Positions 28,110-32,000 of a DNA stretch of 32,000 nt are shown piece after piece. The position numbers were made by a program, and so were the translations under genes. The stretch's first letter is position 1, and each line of letters starts with the position of its first letter. This DNA is from Nitrosospira multiformis ATCC 25196. GTDB lineage: Bacteria; Pseudomonadota; Gammaproteobacteria; Burkholderiales; Nitrosomonadaceae. The notes under the pieces are model-generated. The model saw nothing but the letters and a program-made list of their open reading frames with translations. It did not search any database and was not told the origin of the DNA. The stretch lies in NCBI RefSeq assembly GCF_000196355.1, contig NC_007614.1, positions 2,400,001 through 2,432,000 of the forward strand, written 5' to 3'.

Positions 28110-29459
28110 ATGTTTGACAATCTTACCAACCGGCTTTCAGGCGTCATCAAGACTTTGCGGGGTGAAGCACGGCTGACTGAAACCAATATACAGGAAGCGC
28201 TGCGGGAAGTGCGCATGGCGCTGCTGGAAGCGGATGTCGCGCTGCCGGTAATCAAGGAATTCATTGCGCGGGTGAAGGAAAAAGCAGTTGGCCAGGAAGT
28301 AATCGGCAGCCTTACGCCAGGACAGGCATTGGTGGGCGTAGTCCACCAGGAACTGATCGCCCTCATGGGAGGCCAGAAAGCAGATATCAACCTTGCCACT
28401 GTCCCCCCTGCGGTGATTCTCATGGCGGGGTTGCAGGGCGCCGGAAAAACCACGAGCAGCGGAAAGCTGGCGAAGTGGCTGATGGAACAAAAAAAGAAAA
28501 AAGTATTGCTTGTCTCCTGCGATATCTATCGGCCAGCCGCAATTCAGCAACTGGAACTCCTGGCGCGACAAACGGGCGCCGAGTTCTTTCCGGTTCAAGC
28601 CGGACAGCAGCCGAAAGAAATTGCAGCGGCTGCCCTCAACTTCGCACGTCGGCACTTTCATGATGTGATGATCGTGGATACGGCCGGACGCCTCGCCATC
28701 GACGAAGCAATGATGGCGGAAATCAGCGAGCTGGAAGCCTTGCTGAAACCCATCGAAACCTTGTTCGTGGTGGATGCCATGCAGGGGCAGGATGCCGTCA
28801 ACACCGCCAAGGCATTTTCCGAAGCGCTGCCCCTGACCGGCGTAGTACTGACAAAGCTGGATGGAGATGCGCGAGGCGGGGCAGCCCTTTCCGTGCTTCA
28901 CGTAACGGGGAAACCCATCAAATTCGCCGGTGTCGCCGAAAAACTGACCGGGTTGGAACCGTTTCATCCTGACCGTATGGCCTCACGGATTCTGGGAATG
29001 GGCGATGTACTGGGACTGATCGAGGAAGCCCAGCGCGGCGTGGATCAGCAGGAGGCCGAGAAACTTGCCAAAAAGATGAAATCGGGCAAAAGCTTTGACC
29101 TGAACGATTTCAAGATGCAGTTTGAACAGATGAGGAACATGGGGGGCATGGGCGCGCTGATGGATAAATTGCCTGCTCAGTTGAGCCAGGCTGCCCAGAA
29201 TGTGAAAGTCGATGATAAGGTTATCGGCCGCACCGAAGGCATCATCAATTCCATGACGCCGCAGGAACGTCTCAAACCGGAAATCCTCAAAGCCTCGCGC
29301 AAGCGTCGTATTGCTGCAGGCGCAGGTGTCACGGTACAGGAAGTGAATCGACTGCTGGCGCAGTTCGAGCAGGCGCAAAAAATGATGAAAATGATGAACA
29401 AGGGAGGCATGACGAAAATGCTGCGAAGCATGAAGGGAATGCTGCCCGGCATGCGCTGA
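28110..29459 (+). CDS. ffh: Signal recognition particle protein Ffh
   Basis: MFDNLTNRLSGVIKTLRGEARLTETNIQEALREVRMALLEADVALPVIKEF; GLQGAGKTT, DTAGR, TKLDGDARGG; Met-rich C-terminus. Confidence 0.98.
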   Translation: MFDNLTNRLSGVIKTLRGEARLTETNIQEALREVRMALLEADVALPVIKEFIARVKEKAVGQEVIGSLTPGQALVGVVHQELIALMGGQKADINLATVPPAVILMAGLQGAGKTTSSGKLAKWLMEQKKKKVLLVSCDIYRPAAIQQLELLARQTGAEFFPVQAGQQPKEIAAAALNFARRHFHDVMIVDTAGRLAIDEAMMAEISELEALLKPIETLFVVDAMQGQDAVNTAKAFSEALPLTGVVLTKLDGDARGGAALSVLHVTGKPIKFAGVAEKLTGLEPFHPDRMASRILGMGDVLGLIEEAQRGVDQQEAEKLAKKMKSGKSFDLNDFKMQFEQMRNMGGMGALMDKLPAQLSQAAQNVKVDDKVIGRTEGIINSMTPQERLKPEILKASRKRRIAAGAGVTVQEVNRLLAQFEQAQKMMKMMNKGGMTKMLRSMKGMLPGMR

Positions 29460-29515
29460 AGGAACTCCTCCTTAACAAGCGCGAGGGCTGCGAGAGATAC
29501 TGGCGTCGCCTTAGA

Positions 29516-29947
29516 TCATTCCGCCGCCGGCACTTTTTCGAGACCATTGATTCGCTGGCCCGGCTTGATATTTCTTGCCGCAAACCAGCCAAGATTCATT
29601 TCGAGCGCATATTTTGCCGCGCCGGCTGAGCTATGCGCTGTGGTCGTGCGAGGCATCATGTCGGCGATGTTAAGAATAACCCCTTTTTCATCCAGGAAAG
29701 CAATACTCAAGGGAATATCCGTGTTCATCATCCACATGCTGTAGTGTTCAGGGTGAGAAAACACGAACAGCATTCCGTCGTTTTCACCCAGGGATTGTCG
29801 AAACATCAATCCCTGGATCCGGGCGGGTTCCGTATGCGCCACTTCAACCGAAAAAGTGTGACGGGATATGCTGAGCTGACGTACCGGCATTTCTGCCCTG
29901 CCTGGCGCCGATAAAAGAAAAACGAGAATAAAGGCGAAGATGCGCAT
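29516..29947 (-). CDS. DUF192 family secreted protein
   Basis: Signal peptide [19 protein letters not shown]; HTFSVEVAHTEPARIQGLMFRQSLGENDGMLFVFSHPEHYSMWMMNTDIPLSIAFLDEKGVILNI. Confidence 0.92.
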   Translation of the reverse strand: MRIFAFILVFLLSAPGRAEMPVRQLSISRHTFSVEVAHTEPARIQGLMFRQSLGENDGMLFVFSHPEHYSMWMMNTDIPLSIAFLDEKGVILNIADMMPRTTTAHSSAGAAKYALEMNLGWFAARNIKPGQRINGLEKVPAAE

Positions 29948-30396
29948 CAGTGCTTCCCGGTACTGCCAAACCCATTCGCGCCCCGCTCGCTTTGCTCGAA
30001 GTCATCCACCACTTTAAAACCAACCTGTACGACGGGTACCACTACGAGTTGCGCAATGCGCTCCAGCGGGTTCAACAGGAAAGGTGCTTGCCCCCGATTC
30101 CAGCACGATACGAATATCTGCCCCTGGTAATCCGAGTCGATCAACCCCACCAGATTTCCCATCACGATCCCGTGCTTGTGGCCGAGGCCGGAGCGGGGGA
30201 GCACCAGTGCGGCGAGCCCGGGGTCGGACAGATGGATTGCAATTCCGGTGGGGATAAGATGGGCTTCTCCAGGCTGAATCGTCATCACATGCTCGATGCA
30301 CGCGCGCAAGTCGAGGCCGGCGGAGCCGGAGGTCGCATAGGCGGGCAACTGATCTTTCAGGCGCGAATCGAGAATTTTTATATCTATTTTTTTCAT
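29947..30396 (-). CDS. dut: dUTP diphosphatase
   Basis: [31 protein letters not shown]...[29 protein letters not shown]...[10 protein letters not shown]...[10 protein letters not shown]. Confidence 0.97.
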   Translation of the reverse strand: MKKIDIKILDSRLKDQLPAYATSGSAGLDLRACIEHVMTIQPGEAHLIPTGIAIHLSDPGLAALVLPRSGLGHKHGIVMGNLVGLIDSDYQGQIFVSCWNRGQAPFLLNPLERIAQLVVVPVVQVGFKVVDDFEQSERGANGFGSTGKH

Positions 30397-31628
30397 GAAT
30401 TAAAATTCCGCCATTTTTCATAAAGCGATGCTGCATGAGCGATGAGGTGCCGCGCCTGTTCGATTTTCGACGATTTTGGCAAGGAATGCCTGCCGGAATC
30501 ATCGAAGAGCGTCAACGCAACTTCCTCCGCACCTATCGCCTCCTGGGCGAGATTGGCAGCAAGAAGTGGAAGCTTTTTCCGACGGCGCTTGGCTTCGGCA
30601 TTCTCTTCCAGATTTTGGGTCTCCGCAGCAAAACCGATGCAAAACGGCGGATCCGGCAGATTTGCCACGTATTCAAGAATATCAGGATTGGGAACAAGCT
30701 CCAGGATGATATTGCTGTCATTCTTTTTCGTTTTGTGTTCGCTGGCATTTTTGGGACGATAGTCAGCCACGGCAGCGACGCTTATAAAAAAATCGACTTG
30801 TTGAACCTGTTGAACTTCGCTTTTTACGGCTATCAGCATATCCTGCGCGCTTGTCACCTTGATGAGGCGAGCGCGCGGTGGCGCTTCCAGGCAAACCGGC
30901 CCGGATACGAGGATTACTTCCGCTCCTGCCTCGGCTGCGGCACGCGCCACTGCATACCCCATTTTGCCGGAACTTGAATTGGTTATCCCGCGAACCGCAT
31001 CGATTGCTTCGAAGGTAGGTCCGGCAGTGATGAGTACGCGCTTGGTATGCAGCAGTTTGGGTTGAAAAAAAGCGTGTACCGCTTCCGCGAGTTCATGCGC
31101 TTCGAGCATGCGTCCCATGCCGGTTTCGCCACACGCCTGCACGCCGCTGGCAGGACCCAGCACTGTCACGCCATCCCCGCGCAACGTGTCGAGATTGCGA
31201 CGGGTGGCGGAATTTTCCCACATCTGCCGATTCATTGCGGGAGCAATCAGCAAGGGGCATGCGCGCGCAAGGCATAATGTGGAGAGCAGGTCATCCGCGA
31301 GGCCGTGGGCAACCTTGGCAATAAAGTCGGCGCTGGCGGGGGAAATGACAATAGCATCGACGTTGCGCGAAAGGTCGATATGAGCCATGTTGTTGGCTAC
31401 GCTGGCATCCCACAGCTCGGTAAATACGGGCTTGCCGGTCAAGGCCTGTAGCGTGGCCGTACCGACAAAACGGCAGGCTGACGCCGTCATGACTGCCTGC
31501 ACCTCCATGCCCCCGCTTATCAAAAGGCGCACCAGTTCTGCCGCCTTGTATGCCGCAACTCCCCCCGTGAGTCCCAAAAGCACGCGTCTTGCCTCGGGCG
31601 TCCTGCCAGTCGTCTTCAACCGAATCAC
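30393..31628 (-). CDS. coaBC: Bifunctional phosphopantothenoylcysteine decarboxylase / phosphopantothenate-cysteine ligase
   Basis: [27 protein letters not shown]...[26 protein letters not shown]...[10 protein letters not shown]...[44 protein letters not shown]-type overlap with dut. Confidence 0.97.
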   Translation of the reverse strand: MIRLKTTGRTPEARRVLLGLTGGVAAYKAAELVRLLISGGMEVQAVMTASACRFVGTATLQALTGKPVFTELWDASVANNMAHIDLSRNVDAIVISPASADFIAKVAHGLADDLLSTLCLARACPLLIAPAMNRQMWENSATRRNLDTLRGDGVTVLGPASGVQACGETGMGRMLEAHELAEAVHAFFQPKLLHTKRVLITAGPTFEAIDAVRGITNSSSGKMGYAVARAAAEAGAEVILVSGPVCLEAPPRARLIKVTSAQDMLIAVKSEVQQVQQVDFFISVAAVADYRPKNASEHKTKKNDSNIILELVPNPDILEYVANLPDPPFCIGFAAETQNLEENAEAKRRRKKLPLLAANLAQEAIGAEEVALTLFDDSGRHSLPKSSKIEQARHLIAHAASLYEKWRNFNS

Positions 31629-31774
31629 TCCCTAAAAAAGAGGAGTCTAACTCAATACTCCCAAAACCCGCACCGCTTTACGGGCGATATATTCTTCAGC
31701 TACAGTTTTTTCACAAACTGACGTTTAAGCGAGGGAATCCCTGAACAATTCCCCGCTACACTGCTACATTTACT

Positions 31775-32000
31775 ATGTCGATTTCAGACTGGCCCGAAGC
31801 CGAGCGCCCACGGGAAAAACTCCTGAAGAACGGGCCCGCATACCTTTCCGATGCGGAATTGCTGGCGATATTCCTGCGTACGGGCATCGCCGGCAAGAGC
31901 GCGGTCGATCTGGCAAGAGAACTGCTCAAACGTTTCAGGGGTTTGACGGGGCTCTTTGCCGCAGATCAAGGCGCATTCTGCCAGGTGCCGGGAATGGGGC
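31775..32000 (+). CDS. radC: DNA repair protein RadC/YicR, N-terminal part, truncated by window edge
   Basis: [75 protein letters not shown]. Confidence 0.93.
   Translation, partial: MSISDWPEAERPREKLLKNGPAYLSDAELLAIFLRTGIAGKSAVDLARELLKRFRGLTGLFAADQGAFCQVPGMG

Noticed and set aside
30014-30502. 162-aa ORF overlapping dut in another frame
   Set aside because: dut is unambiguous in its own frame. This ORF is compositionally biased (RPRARR...) and unsupported.
1-32000. Search for CRISPR arrays, toxin-antitoxin pairs, restriction-modification genes, retrons, prophage genes, tRNA or rRNA
   Set aside because: No periodic repeats, phage or defence protein motifs, or cloverleaf-like sequences were recognised by eye. 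tRNAscan-SE, DefenseFinder and Rfam scans would be needed to exclude them formally.

Overview
The window is mostly conserved housekeeping DNA from what looks like a betaproteobacterium. The taxon is inferred from gene content such as a DUF2863-like protein and the corB-ypjD-ffh and tsaB-rimI-UDG neighbourhoods. From left to right it holds: the 3' part of a CzcCBA-type heavy-metal RND efflux operon (about 1-5360); an ORF-poor stretch of about 1.3 kb (5361-6685); a DUF2863-like gene, msrB, a YciB/septation protein A gene, yciI, bolA and a SurA/PpiC-like PPIase gene; alr (minus); lplT (plus); two TPM-domain genes plus lemA (minus); an OprB-like porin gene (plus); tsaB-rimI-family-4 UDG (minus); a host-attachment/baeRF-like gene (plus); thpR, ispF and ispD (minus); an orphan AAA+/Fis regulator gene (plus); zapD, coaE, pilD, corB-like and ypjD/ccsA-like genes (minus); ffh (plus); DUF192, dut and coaBC (minus); and the start of radC (plus). 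I see no CRISPR array, rRNA, tRNA, intact transposase or convincing defence system. The observations most worth follow-up are: (1) an orphan sigma54-type AAA+ protein whose GAFTGA loop reads DSCIGG, with a CTGT-N8-ACAG (LexA/SOS-like) palindrome upstream; (2) the ORF-poor region, which holds a long imperfect inverted-repeat pair (MITE/IS-remnant-like) and an 18-aa ORF, MSMPGFTAADSLPRTTVQ, behind a very strong Shine-Dalgarno; (3) a perfect 10-bp inverted repeat between the ypjD-like gene and ffh; (4) several smaller palindromes in intergenic regions.
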